A DNA stretch of 64,000 bases from Candidatus Micrarchaeota archaeon. GTDB lineage: Archaea > Micrarchaeota > Micrarchaeia > Anstonellales > J096. Numbering within the stretch: the first letter of the stretch is position 1; each line of letters starts with the position of its first letter. Below, in pieces: positions 16,095 through 25,384 of the stretch. A program made the position numbers and the translations under genes. The stretch covers positions 16,500 through 80,499 of the forward strand of contig JALWQW010000019.1 in NCBI GenBank assembly GCA_026982895.1, given 5' to 3'. Below the pieces are notes generated by a model. It saw only the letters and a program-made list of their open reading frames with translations, was not told the DNA's origin and made no database searches.

Positions 16095-16853
16095 TTACAC
16101 GTCCAGCTCAGCCACAATAGGTGCGTGGTCACTTCCCATCACTTCTGTTAAGATTTCAACACTCTTTACTCTATTTATGAATTCTTTACCGACGACAATA
16201 TAATCGACACGCCAACCAATATTCCTGGCCCTTGCATTGAATCTATAACTCCACCAGCTGTAAGTTTCGCTATCGTTAGGATGGAAATGTCTCCATATAT
16301 CTACATAGCCTTTATTCAAGAGCTTATTCATCCACTCCTTTTCTTCTTTAGTGTAGCCTGCATTGCCTTCATTTTCCTTTGGCCTTGCTATATCTTTTTC
16401 AGTGTGGGCTACATTAAAGTCGCCCATCATAATTAGCGGTTTATTTTTTCTTAGTTTTTCAGCATAGTTTAAGAGGGCCTCGTCGAATGCTATTTTAAAA
16501 TCTAATCGTGTTAGGCCGTGCTGGGCGTTTGGAAAATAAATGTTTAGTAAATAGAATTCATCATATTCTGCCGTTAATATCCTGCCTTCACTGTCGAATT
16601 CTTCGATGCCCATTCCATACACTACGCTTAAGGGGGTTGGTTTTGTGAAAAGGGCTGTGCCTGCGTAGCCCTTCTTTTTAGCTGGGTTCCAAAAGAGTTT
16701 GTATTCGTTAAATTCAGGAGGTATCATAGGCTTGGTGTCTTGTTTTATCTCTTGAATTCCAAGAATATCTGGCGTGTATTCTTTTAAGAAATCATAAAAG
16801 CCATGCCTGATGGCAGCCCTAAAACCATTAACATTCCATGTCATAATTCGCAT
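16095..16853 (-). CDS. xth: Exodeoxyribonuclease III / AP endonuclease
   Basis: TWNVNG, IQEIK, GYAGTA, EGR, YFPN, GDFNVAH, GWRVDY, GSDHAP. Confidence 0.97.
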   Translation of the reverse strand: MRIMTWNVNGFRAAIRHGFYDFLKEYTPDILGIQEIKQDTKPMIPPEFNEYKLFWNPAKKKGYAGTALFTKPTPLSVVYGMGIEEFDSEGRILTAEYDEFYLLNIYFPNAQHGLTRLDFKIAFDEALLNYAEKLRKNKPLIMMGDFNVAHTEKDIARPKENEGNAGYTKEEKEWMNKLLNKGYVDIWRHFHPNDSETYSWWSYRFNARARNIGWRVDYIVVGKEFINRVKSVEILTEVMGSDHAPIVAELDV

Positions 16854-16890
16854 ATTATGGCTAGGAGTAAAAAGCTTTTAAAAGGGAAGG

Positions 16891-16955
16891 AGAGGGCGCC
16901 TCTACATAGAAACCGTCTTCAGAGGCGCCCCACTCTAACGGAGCTCGGAGGCTCC
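16891..16955. other. GC-rich double hairpin between the rpl40e 3' end and the xth promoter (possible sRNA or terminator)
   Basis: Perfect 10-bp inverted repeat GGGCGCCTCT (16894-16903) / AGAGGCGCCC (16921-16930), plus GGAGC/GCTCC (16940-16955). Confidence 0.5.
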
Positions 16956-16986
16956 AACCATTTAAAAGGGGAGAAGTTAAGGAGCG

Positions 16987-17136
16987 CTACTTCTTCTTCA
17001 TGACCTTGCGCTTTGGCCTCAAATCCGTCGAGCCGCAGCGTCTGCATCTCTTAGCCGTTGCTGGATTCCTTGCTTTGCACTTTTGGCAAATCAAAACGTT
17101 ATTGAATTCGTGATCTGCTTCTGGAAATTTACCCAT
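16987..17136 (-). CDS. rpl40e: 50S ribosomal protein L40e
   Basis: Not in the ORF track. MGKFPEADHEFNNVLICQKCKARNPATAKRCRRCGSTDLRPKRKVMKKK, 49 aa, C..C.ARN...A..CR.CG...LRPK. Confidence 0.95.
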   Translation of the reverse strand: MGKFPEADHEFNNVLICQKCKARNPATAKRCRRCGSTDLRPKRKVMKKK

Positions 17137-17357
17137 GAACATCACCTACTCTCCCTATTAGCAAGGGAAATCATTTTAAAGGTGATGGGCGGAGCCCTTT
17201 CAATATTTCTTTCTTGGGGAATGTTCAACTAAACCACTAATTAATACTTAATATTAATACATAACCTTATGAATTTCCCATTAATTTCTCTTTTGAATTC
17301 CATTTTCAGTTTTGGGCTTAGTTAAGCTTTTTAAACCTCACACCTCAAAAGCTCTCT

Positions 17358-18827
17358 ATGCTTGAAGCGATTTTCCTTATAGCATTCGTTCTTGGCCTTG
17401 GCTTCATCGCCTTGGAAATATTTAGGAAGACGAAGATAAGCCATGTCATTGTTCTGGTAATTTTTGGCATACTCATTGGTCCTCTTTTCAATTTTGTTCC
17501 ATCTGGCGAAGGTTCACTCATACGCAGTTTAGCTCCTTTTATGAGCACACTAGCATTAATATTCCTACTGTTCGACGCAGGTTTAAGCTTGAATATTCGG
17601 GAGATTTTGAAGGAAATTGGAAAGGCGACGCTCTTTACTGTTGTTGTCTTTTTTGTTTCATCCTTCATAGGTGCTGGCACAGTATCTCTTCTTCTTGGCA
17701 TGCCTTTAATGTTTTCGCTATTGGTTGGTTTCATAGTTGGAGGTGTTAGTTCAGCCATTGTTTTGGCTATGCTCGAAGGCTCTGAAATAAATGAAGAGAT
17801 AAGGACAATGCTGTCTATAGAATCTACTCTCACAGATATTCTCGTCGTTGTGTTCTCTTTGGTTACTCTCAATATGATGCTCATCCCCTCGAATAATCCA
17901 GCTCTAGCCTCTGCTAGCGACCCACTCATTTTACTTATAACTTCATTATCCGTTTCATTTGTTATGGCCATCATTGCTTTGGCATTGTGGATTTATGTGT
18001 TTAGCAGAATGGAGACGCACTCATTCTCCTACATGCTTACATTGGCCATAATGCTTTTCTTATATGTTGTGGCTGAAAGAACTGGTGGTAATGGTGGTTT
18101 TGCCATTTTCCTCTTTGGCATAATGCTTGGCAATTTTGGCTATTTTGAGAAATACTTTTCTTATCTTGGCGGGCTTAGAGGTGAGCTCTATAAGCTGCTC
18201 ATAAGCGAAATAGAAAACTTTGACCTTCAAATAACCTTCTTTATACGCACATTTTTGTTTGTTTTAACAGGCCTACTCCTAACCTTCTCAAATGTAACTC
18301 TGCCGATTTTTGGCGTTGCTCTAATAGTCAGCCTTCTTTTCATAGGTATTCGTTATGTTGTATTCAAGCTATTTTATCCACATGTGGATGAATGGACATC
18401 TAAATTTGTGTCTGTTATGCTGCCAAGGGGTTTAGCAGCTATTGTTGTTGTGAATATTCTTCCAGAAATAGTCAATAGCTTTGGCCCATCGGCTATGAAG
18501 GTTTTTACACCTTATATTGGTGAGATGGAGGCTTTAACAGTTTTAGTCATCCTATTCTCAAATATATTTGCCTCTGCAGGTGTTTATCTTCTACATAGGG
18601 ATGGAGAACATGAGTCCAGTTCTTCTTCCAAAGGCAATGGTGTTGTAGACAAAGAGATTGAAGAGCTCTTATCTGAAACGGTTAAGGAGGAAAATCAAGA
18701 TGCTCCTAAAGAGGATATGGTGAAAGGGGACAATGATGACATAGTAAAAGAGAATAATAAAAAGGTTAAGAAAAAAGGTAGCAAAAAGAGTTCTTCAAAG
18801 AAGTATTCAAAGCGCAGAAGGAGGTAA
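17358..18827 (+). CDS. Cation:proton antiporter (CPA1, NhaP-like) with a charged C-terminal tail
   Basis: About 12 TM helices; LFDAGL, IESTLTD, MLPRGLAAIVV. Confidence 0.88.
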   Translation: MLEAIFLIAFVLGLGFIALEIFRKTKISHVIVLVIFGILIGPLFNFVPSGEGSLIRSLAPFMSTLALIFLLFDAGLSLNIREILKEIGKATLFTVVVFFVSSFIGAGTVSLLLGMPLMFSLLVGFIVGGVSSAIVLAMLEGSEINEEIRTMLSIESTLTDILVVVFSLVTLNMMLIPSNNPALASASDPLILLITSLSVSFVMAIIALALWIYVFSRMETHSFSYMLTLAIMLFLYVVAERTGGNGGFAIFLFGIMLGNFGYFEKYFSYLGGLRGELYKLLISEIENFDLQITFFIRTFLFVLTGLLLTFSNVTLPIFGVALIVSLLFIGIRYVVFKLFYPHVDEWTSKFVSVMLPRGLAAIVVVNILPEIVNSFGPSAMKVFTPYIGEMEALTVLVILFSNIFASAGVYLLHRDGEHESSSSSKGNGVVDKEIEELLSETVKEENQDAPKEDMVKGDNDDIVKENNKKVKKKGSKKSSSKKYSKRRRR

Positions 18828-18996
18828 CTGCTTCCCATATATCCACCTTATTTTTTACCTGCCAAGGGATTCATTTATAAATATTTCTAAACACTCATAT
18901 ATATAAAGTACAACATAAGCTCTCGTAGTGTGTCATTGGATGGCGAACTACGGAAGCTTTTTAAATGTTCATGTTCATAATCACAAAGGTGGGAAA

Positions 18997-19719
18997 ATGG
19001 GTAGGAAACGCATAATTGCTATCGATAAGGAGTTAGAGGATCCTGTTGTCGAGGATTACTTAAAATTCGATTGGTCTAAGTTAGCTAAAAAGATACCTAA
19101 GTCTCGTGTGGGCAATGTATCTAAAATAGCTAAGATGGCTGAACAGATTTATCGTGAGAGTGGTGATGAAGAAGCATTGCTGGATTCAGGTCTTTTTGAT
19201 TTGCAATCTGCTTATGATTATTTGAGAGAAAATGGCGTCCGCGTCTCTTTCAGAGCTTTAGGCGGTAGGATTGAGCGTGGCAAAATACCTTCTGTTAAAA
19301 TAGGCAGGAAGCGTTATATATTGAAAGATGTTTTGGACAATCTCATAGCTGTCAAGAATAATTTTTACACGGTCCGTGAGGCATATAATGTTTATAAAAA
19401 ACACGATTCGAAGACGAATTATAGGGCTTTCGTTGGGAGGATAGAAAAAGGCAGCATCCCATCTGTTAAAATAGATGGCCGTCGTTTTATACCTAAGAAG
19501 GCCGTTGAAACTTATACTCATCTGAAGCAAACATATTATACAATTAGCGAGGCTATGGATGAATTCCGTAAACATGGCATTCATATAAATAGGAATGCCT
19601 TCGAGCGCCGTCTTGATAGGGGTAGAATTCCTCATTATAAAGTAAAGGGCAGGCGCTATATACCTAAGGATGTTTTTGAGCAGGTTCTTAATATTGAGCT
19701 CAGAAGAAGAAAACACTAA
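18997..19719 (+). CDS. Protein with three tandem excisionase/MerR-like (HTH_17-type) DNA-binding domains
   Basis: Three ~50-aa repeats of Y(T/D)..(E/S)A..........R...GRIERG.IPS.K...RR.I.K. SD AGGTGGG precedes the ATG at 18997. Confidence 0.75.
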   Translation: MGRKRIIAIDKELEDPVVEDYLKFDWSKLAKKIPKSRVGNVSKIAKMAEQIYRESGDEEALLDSGLFDLQSAYDYLRENGVRVSFRALGGRIERGKIPSVKIGRKRYILKDVLDNLIAVKNNFYTVREAYNVYKKHDSKTNYRAFVGRIEKGSIPSVKIDGRRFIPKKAVETYTHLKQTYYTISEAMDEFRKHGIHINRNAFERRLDRGRIPHYKVKGRRYIPKDVFEQVLNIELRRRKH

Positions 19720-19820
19720 CCCATTTCCCACCTTCTTTCTTTATTTTATTATTTTTTCGTTAGATATATTGTTAAATATGTTTCCGAGTATATCTCTACA
19801 TGGCAATCTAGTATCTCTAA

Positions 19821-19893
19821 GGGGCCGTGGTGTAACCTGGAAGCATGTCACCTTCGGGCGGTGGTGATCCCGGTTCAAATCCGGGCGGCCCCA
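19821..19893 (+). tRNA. tRNA-Pro(CGG)
   Basis: GGGGCCG/CGGCCCC acceptor, TCACC-TTCGGGC-GGTGG anticodon arm, TTCAAAT. Confidence 0.9.
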
Positions 19894-19895
19894 TT

Positions 19896-20017
19896 AAACT
19901 TCTTTTAGAAAAAGAAGTTTAACCAAAAGAAACCTCTTTAAAAAAGAGGTTTCATCGAGAAAACAAACCTTTTAGGAAAAGGTTTGATCGAAAAAACTTT
20001 CTTATGAAGAAAGTTTT
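19896..20017. repeat. Array of four related palindromes with a ~33-bp period
   Basis: AAACTTCTTTT-aga-AAAAGAAGTTT; GAAACCTCTTT-aaa-AAAGAGGTTTC; AAACCTTTT-agg-AAAAGGTTT; AAAACTTTCTT-atg-AAGAAAGTTTT. Linkers resemble (g)atc(g)aaaa. Confidence 0.85.
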
Positions 20018-20125
20018 ATCAAAAAACAAGTGCTGGCTAACCGTTGGGTGGGCTTATAGGTAAGGTTTAATAATCCTTTCTTTGTATATATTTGGGAATA
20101 GGAAATAGGAGTAATTGGTGTAATT

Positions 20126-20818
20126 ATGGTAGATTTGGATAAGGCTATTTTGGGTAGAATAGAAAAAGGAGGTCATAAGTTTGAGGTTTTCCTTGACCCT
20201 GAGAAAGCTTATGCTTATTTAGAGGGCACTAAAAAAGATTTGAACAACATACTGGTTGTTGAGGAGGTCTTTAAGGATGCTCGTAAAGGTGATAGAGCAA
20301 GTCCGCAGGCTTTGAAGGAGGCCTTTGGCACAGAGGATATTATTGAGATTTTGAAGATTATCCTAGAAAAAGGTGAGGTTCAATTAACCACTGAACAGAG
20401 AAAAAAGATGCTGGAAAAGAGGACAAAACAAGTGCTAGCACTCATTGCCAAAGAAGCCATAGATGTAAGGACAAACGCACCTGTGCCCCTTCAAAGGCTT
20501 GAATTGGCTTTGGAAAAGTCGAAGGTTCATATAGACCCCTTCAAGCCAGCAGAGTCTCAAGTGGAGGATGTGCTAAAAGCTCTGAAGAGAGAACTGCCCA
20601 TAAAAATGGAACATGTGAAGATTGCTGTCAAGGTTCCTGCCGAATATGCTATGAAAGCATATCCTACTCTCAAAGGATACCATATGCTAAAAGAGGAATG
20701 GAGCTCCAATGGCGATTTGCTCGCAATGGTCGAAATTCCCGCTGGACTTCAAGGGGAACTATTCGATAAATTGGGAAAGGTCACCCATGGTGAGCTCCAA
20801 ACGAAAATTTTGAGGTGA
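20126..20818 (+). CDS. sdo1: Ribosome maturation factor SBDS/Sdo1
   Basis: GGHKFEV, VFKDARKGDRAS, GEVQLTTEQR; first gene of the exosome superoperon. Confidence 0.95.
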   Translation: MVDLDKAILGRIEKGGHKFEVFLDPEKAYAYLEGTKKDLNNILVVEEVFKDARKGDRASPQALKEAFGTEDIIEILKIILEKGEVQLTTEQRKKMLEKRTKQVLALIAKEAIDVRTNAPVPLQRLELALEKSKVHIDPFKPAESQVEDVLKALKRELPIKMEHVKIAVKVPAEYAMKAYPTLKGYHMLKEEWSSNGDLLAMVEIPAGLQGELFDKLGKVTHGELQTKILR

Positions 20819-20822
20819 TATT

Positions 20823-21485
20823 GTGGAAAAGATTGTTTTGCCTGGCGATGAATTGCCAGAAGGTGTTAGATACAACCCCGCTTCTGTAAGGAAGGAAAAT
20901 GGAAAAGCATACGCAACTGTCGTTGGCGCTGTGGAAAACAACTATTTTGTCGCCTATGAGTTGGCATATGTGCCCCATGTTGGCATGCCAATCGTTGGTT
21001 TGGTCTACGACAAGAAGCCATCGGCTTATTTTGTAGACACGACAACAGCATATACAGGCCTCGTTTTGACGAGGGAAGTCAGAGGCTCGTTGGATGTTGG
21101 CGACATCGTGAGTGCCAAAGTGCAGAGAATAGAGGGTACTGATTTGATTTTAGGCTATCCTCGTATATTGAGGGGTGGAAAACTCTTAAAAGTACCGAGT
21201 TCAAAAGTGCCGAGAATCATAGGTAAAGACGCCAGCATGGTTAACATGATAAAGGAGATGACTGGCACGAGCATATTCGTAGGCGCTAATGGTTATGTCT
21301 GGATAGGTGGGGATAATGTGGATATTGCAATTAAAGCTATTCACCACATAATTAAGAGAGCGCATCTCCATGGATTAACTGATGAGATAAAGGCTCTCTT
21401 GATAGAAGAGAATGGCAAGAATCCTGCAACCCAACAGACGCCGACGCCAGAAGAGACTGAAAGTCTTGAAAATGAGGTGGAATAA
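20823..21485 (+). CDS. rrp4: Exosome cap subunit Rrp4 (S1 + KH)
   Basis: IVLPGD; S1 domain; KH KVPRIIGKDASMV, VGANGYVWI; synteny. Confidence 0.92.
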   Translation: MEKIVLPGDELPEGVRYNPASVRKENGKAYATVVGAVENNYFVAYELAYVPHVGMPIVGLVYDKKPSAYFVDTTTAYTGLVLTREVRGSLDVGDIVSAKVQRIEGTDLILGYPRILRGGKLLKVPSSKVPRIIGKDASMVNMIKEMTGTSIFVGANGYVWIGGDNVDIAIKAIHHIIKRAHLHGLTDEIKALLIEENGKNPATQQTPTPEETESLENEVE

Positions 21486-22264
21486 TGGGAGGAGATTCCA
21501 ATATAGAACTTATAAAAGACGGAAAGCGTTTGGACGGTAGAGGCTTTGATGATTTTAGGAAGCCACTCACTCTTGAAGTTGGTGTTTTGCAAGAGGCTGA
21601 CGGCTCAGCTTATATTGAATGGGGTATGAACAAAATCCTTGTGGGTGTATTCGGTCCAAAGGAAGCTATACCCAAGCATTTGGCCGACCCAGACAAAGCG
21701 ACAATACGCTGCATCTATACTATGAGCACCTTTGCCAGTTTAGAAGAGCATGGGAGAATGGGGCCCAATAGAAGAGCCAATGAAATTGGTAAGGTCGTTA
21801 GAGAGGCGTTGGAGAATGTTGTGATGGTTGAGAAATTCCCCTCTACAATCATAGATGTTTATATGATGGTCCTACAGGCAGAGGGTGGCACGCGGGTTGC
21901 TTCTCTTACAGGAGCCGCCGCAGCTCTAATCAATGCAGGTATTCCCATGCGCGAGCCCATTGCAGGGGTTGCTGTCGGTAAAGCTGGCGGGCATGTCTTG
22001 CTTGACATAGGCAAAGAAGAGGATAATTATGGGCAGGCGGATGTGCCTATGGCATTTACGCCCAGCGGCGACATCGTGCTTTTGCAGATGGATGGTATGA
22101 TGACGAGGGAAGAGATAGCAAAAGCTCTTGATATGGCGCAAGAGGGCAGCAAAAAACTCTTCGATTTGCAGAGGAAAGCTTTTGAGAAGGAGTATGCAGA
22201 GCCTCTCGGAAAGAAATTGAGCCTCAAAGAAGAGGAGAGCAAAGTTGATATACATAAATTATGA
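21485..22264 (+). CDS. rrp41: Exosome core subunit Rrp41
   Basis: RLDGR, ADGSAYIEWG, EGGTR, EEDNYGQADVPMA. Confidence 0.96.
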   Translation: MGGDSNIELIKDGKRLDGRGFDDFRKPLTLEVGVLQEADGSAYIEWGMNKILVGVFGPKEAIPKHLADPDKATIRCIYTMSTFASLEEHGRMGPNRRANEIGKVVREALENVVMVEKFPSTIIDVYMMVLQAEGGTRVASLTGAAAALINAGIPMREPIAGVAVGKAGGHVLLDIGKEEDNYGQADVPMAFTPSGDIVLLQMDGMMTREEIAKALDMAQEGSKKLFDLQRKAFEKEYAEPLGKKLSLKEEESKVDIHKL

Positions 22265-22273
22265 GGTGGAAGA

Positions 22274-23062
22274 ATGAGTAAATTTAGCGTATTATCTAAG
22301 GTTAGGAAAGAATTCATAACCTCCTTTTTAGATAAGGGCAAGCGCGTTGACGGTAGGGATTTCATGGAATACCGCCACATCGAAGCTGAAACAAATGTTG
22401 TTGAAAATGCTGAGGGTTCTGCTCTCGTAAGATTAGGTACAACCCAGATTATAGCAGGCCTAAAGGTTGAGATTGTTGAGCCCTTCCCACAGGAACCTGA
22501 TAGAGGTATAATGATAACGAATGCAGAGCTTTTGCCTCTTGCCTCTGAAAATTTCGAGCCCGGCCCTCCAGATGAGAGAACAATTGAATTTGCCAGGGTC
22601 GTCGATAGGGGCATAAGAAGTGCAGAAGTTGTTGATTTAAGCAAATATTATATAGATGAAGGGAAGGTCTTGGGTTTCTTTGTTGATTTGTATGTGCTTG
22701 ATTATGGTGGAAACCTCTTCGACGCTGGCACACTGGCAGCAGCTCTAGCCCTGAAAACAGCTAGGCTGCCAAAGATTGAGAACGGCGAACTCATTCGCGG
22801 AGAGTACAGCGGTGGCTTGGATTTGGATATAAACAAGCTGCCGACCTCAACTACATTTACAAAAATAGGCGACAACATCATTTTAGACCCTAATGTGGAT
22901 GAAGAGATGGCCTATGATTCACAGCTTGTCGTAACTGTAAATGACGATTATGTCGTTGCCATGCAGAAGAGGGGAACAGGCAGCTTTAAAAAGAGTGAGG
23001 TGCTAAACTTGGTGGATAAGTCCTTTGAGAAAAGGAAGGACTTGAAAAAGTTGTATGGGTGA
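22274..23062 (+). CDS. rrp42: Exosome core subunit Rrp42
   Basis: RVDGR, AEGSALVRLG, FEPGPPDE, DYGGNLFD, DPNVDEE. Confidence 0.96.
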   Translation: MSKFSVLSKVRKEFITSFLDKGKRVDGRDFMEYRHIEAETNVVENAEGSALVRLGTTQIIAGLKVEIVEPFPQEPDRGIMITNAELLPLASENFEPGPPDERTIEFARVVDRGIRSAEVVDLSKYYIDEGKVLGFFVDLYVLDYGGNLFDAGTLAAALALKTARLPKIENGELIRGEYSGGLDLDINKLPTSTTFTKIGDNIILDPNVDEEMAYDSQLVVTVNDDYVVAMQKRGTGSFKKSEVLNLVDKSFEKRKDLKKLYG

Positions 23063-23310
23063 TATATATGCTTAAAACATCGAGATATGGTAGGAAGCAG
23101 AGGAAGAAAATCAATAATGTGCTTAAGAATACGAGGGGCAAGCATGTCTGCCCTAAGTGCGGTAAGAAATCCTTGAAGCGCGTCAGCTTCGCCGTGTTCA
23201 TATGCAAGAGCTGTGGGGCTGTTGTAGCAGGCGGTGCTTATGAGCCCACCACTGATGTAGGAAGAGCTGCTGCTAGGATGATATCTGCTTTAAAGGAGCG
23301 TGAGGAGTAA
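23059..23310 (+). CDS. rpl37ae: 50S ribosomal protein L37Ae
   Basis: RYGRKQR, CPKC...CKSCG, AGGAY. Confidence 0.95.
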   Translation: MIYMLKTSRYGRKQRKKINNVLKNTRGKHVCPKCGKKSLKRVSFAVFICKSCGAVVAGGAYEPTTDVGRAAARMISALKEREE

Positions 23311-23447
23311 TGCCTTTTTACAGGATATGGCCCACAGGAGAGCGCATAGAAATCGAGAAGTTAAAGGATTATAACTTGCCATTCTCAGGAGCCAAAGTAA
23401 TTTTGAAGGAGAAGCCCTCTATAGCTAGAGAGGTAAGCACAGACTGA
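23310..23447 (+). CDS. rpo12: RNA polymerase subunit Rpo12 (RpoP), cysteine-free variant
   Basis: Not in the ORF track. 45 aa MPFYRIWPTGERIEIEKLKDYNLPFSGAKVILKEKPSIAREVSTD. TAATG overlap with rpl37ae, the syntenic rpoP slot, and a matching Y.....G..ie......P..G.Kvl.K..P...r.V pattern. Confidence 0.72.
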   Translation: MPFYRIWPTGERIEIEKLKDYNLPFSGAKVILKEKPSIAREVSTD

Positions 23448-23474
23448 TGAAGGCAGTGAAGTGATGGCGAGGGA

Positions 23475-23693
23475 ATGCGTGTTAAAGGTGAAATAACTGT
23501 TGAGGGTGATGATGAGCTTGTGCATGCTCTCAACAAATCTCTACCTATTCAAGAACAGGACAGGTTTAAAGCTTCCCTTGTAGCTGAGGATGGTAGAATT
23601 CATATAATTGTTGAAGCTGAAGATAGCACTGCTTTAAGGGCAGCTTTAAATTCTTATCTTCGTATATTACAAGCAATAGAAAAGGTGGTATGA
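23475..23693 (+). CDS. pcc1: KEOPS complex subunit Pcc1
   Basis: AEDSTALRAALNSYLR; synteny. Confidence 0.9.
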   Translation: MRVKGEITVEGDDELVHALNKSLPIQEQDRFKASLVAEDGRIHIIVEAEDSTALRAALNSYLRILQAIEKVV

Positions 23694-24049
23694 TGGCTGG
23701 AATCGATATGGAAAAAGAAATTGTTGAGTATCATAAGATGGAGAAGCTCTTAGAGAGCGTTATGGTACAGCTTAGTCAAGCCAAAGCTCAAAAATCTGAG
23801 TTGGAGAGAGCTTTAGAGGCTGTTGAAAAGAGCGAAGATGCTGTTTATAAAGCTGTTGGCGGCCTCTTCATAAAGGTTAAAAAGGACGAGGCTGTTGATG
23901 ACTTAAAACACACCCTAGAGCTTTTGGATGTTCGAATAAAGAGTTTGGAGAACCAAAGGGATTCTCTAACCAATAAATTTGAGCGCATAAGGAAGGACCT
24001 CGAGGAAAAGCTGGGGGCTGGCCGCAGTGGACCGGGCGGAGTTGCTTAA
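23690..24049 (+). CDS. pfdB: Prefoldin beta subunit
   Basis: Coiled coils flanking VYKAVGGLFIK; synteny. Confidence 0.92.
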   Translation: MMAGIDMEKEIVEYHKMEKLLESVMVQLSQAKAQKSELERALEAVEKSEDAVYKAVGGLFIKVKKDEAVDDLKHTLELLDVRIKSLENQRDSLTNKFERIRKDLEEKLGAGRSGPGGVA

Positions 24050-24992
24050 AACCTTCTCCGCTTTTTATGAAGCTTACAAAGATAAAGAAATTGTCTTTTG
24101 TGGCCACAGGCATGCAGATATAGATGCATTAGTCTCTGCCTATGTTTTAGCTAGCTTCTTTCCTAAGGGTAAGGTGGCTGTAAGCGATGATATGAATATA
24201 TCAGCCACGCTTTTAGCAGAGCTTTTTTCAATAGATGTTTATCGGGCGGATGACATTTCGAAGGGTGTGCCGTTTGTAGCTGTAGATACTAGCCATGTGG
24301 TTTTGCTTCCGCAGGCAAAGGAAAGGAACATCGTTGCTGTTTTTGATCATCACCAACAAACGAAGGACAATTTTAGAGGGCAATTTAATTTTATAGACAG
24401 CAATGCCAAGGCTACTGCTGAGCTTGTAGGGATAATAGCTGAGGAGAAAGGCGTAGATGAAAAAAGAGCTGCTCTTTTGGCTGTTGCTATAATATCGGAT
24501 ACAATGCGTTTCATAGATGCTAACGAACGCACACTCGATGTTTTTAACTCAATGTACAAGAAGAGCGGTTATTCTTATAGGAAACTCGTTGCTCTCGCCT
24601 TTCCGCCTAAACCTCTCAGCGATAAAGTCGGTACATTGGAAGGCTTGGCCACTACTAAATATGAAGTTTATGGTGATACAACAATAGCCTATGCAAAGGC
24701 ATCTATGCATGAGGGTGAAATCGCCACATATCTAGCTCAAGCAGGCGACATTGGTTTTGTTGCTGTCGAAGACAAAAAACTCAAAGCGACTCGTGTATCT
24801 GCGCGGGCTAATATGCATGCAGATGTTCCACTCAATAAGATTATGAAAGAGGTCGGCAAGCATTTCGGCGGAGATGGTGGCGGACACATAAAGGCATCTG
24901 GCTGCGTAGCTTATGCTGACCGTGATGAAGTTTTAGCTTATACTCTTGAAGTGACAAAGCGTTATCTCAGTGGAGTAGAGGGGGATATGTGA
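24027..24992 (+). CDS. DHH/DHHA1 phosphoesterase (NrnA-like)
   Basis: [27 protein letters not shown]. Confidence 0.9.
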   Translation: MDRAELLKTFSAFYEAYKDKEIVFCGHRHADIDALVSAYVLASFFPKGKVAVSDDMNISATLLAELFSIDVYRADDISKGVPFVAVDTSHVVLLPQAKERNIVAVFDHHQQTKDNFRGQFNFIDSNAKATAELVGIIAEEKGVDEKRAALLAVAIISDTMRFIDANERTLDVFNSMYKKSGYSYRKLVALAFPPKPLSDKVGTLEGLATTKYEVYGDTTIAYAKASMHEGEIATYLAQAGDIGFVAVEDKKLKATRVSARANMHADVPLNKIMKEVGKHFGGDGGGHIKASGCVAYADRDEVLAYTLEVTKRYLSGVEGDM

Positions 24993-25252
24993 GAGTTTGG
25001 CATGCCTTTTTTGAAGGTCGGGTCCAAGGCGTAGGCTTTCGTTTTACGGCGGAGCAGCTTGCTTTCATGCTCTCTGCCCATGGATGGGTTAAAAATTTGT
25101 CTGATGGCAGAGTTGAGCTCGTTACAGATAAGAAGGAGCTTATAGATGCCTTGGCTAAAATGAAAAAACCTTATGGTATATTCGTTAAGGCTGTCGATGT
25201 CCGCGAAGAGGAAAACGACGAGCCTCTTGAGGGATTTGAGATAAGATTCTAG
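24989..25252 (+). CDS. acyP: Acylphosphatase
   Basis: [21 protein letters not shown]. Confidence 0.93.
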   Translation: MRVWHAFFEGRVQGVGFRFTAEQLAFMLSAHGWVKNLSDGRVELVTDKKELIDALAKMKKPYGIFVKAVDVREEENDEPLEGFEIRF

Positions 25253-25384
25253 CTAACGCCATTCAACAGTACAATGAGGAAAATGGAACGAACATTAGTT
25301 TTAAAACACATTTTAAAACCTCTTTACTGGCGCTGAAAAGCCCAATGGTATTGAGATAAATCTATCTGAGTGATTAAAGGAGTA

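Noticed and set aside
16894-16930. Archaeal SECIS element (stem with GAA on the minus strand)
   Set aside because: The upstream rpl40e ends in TAG with no in-frame TGA, no selenoprotein or Sec machinery is seen, and the GAA/A geometry is imperfect.
17345-17974. Long antisense ORFs in the track (also 14473..14934, 22027..22644, 26703..27188, 27285..28100, 43711..44136, 45786..46262, 61112..61432, 61674..62189)
   Set aside because: They are shadows of well-supported genes on the opposite strand and carry no motifs.
19896-20017. CRISPR array
   Set aside because: Linkers are only 7-11 nt and similar to each other, the repeats are not identical, and no cas genes are present.
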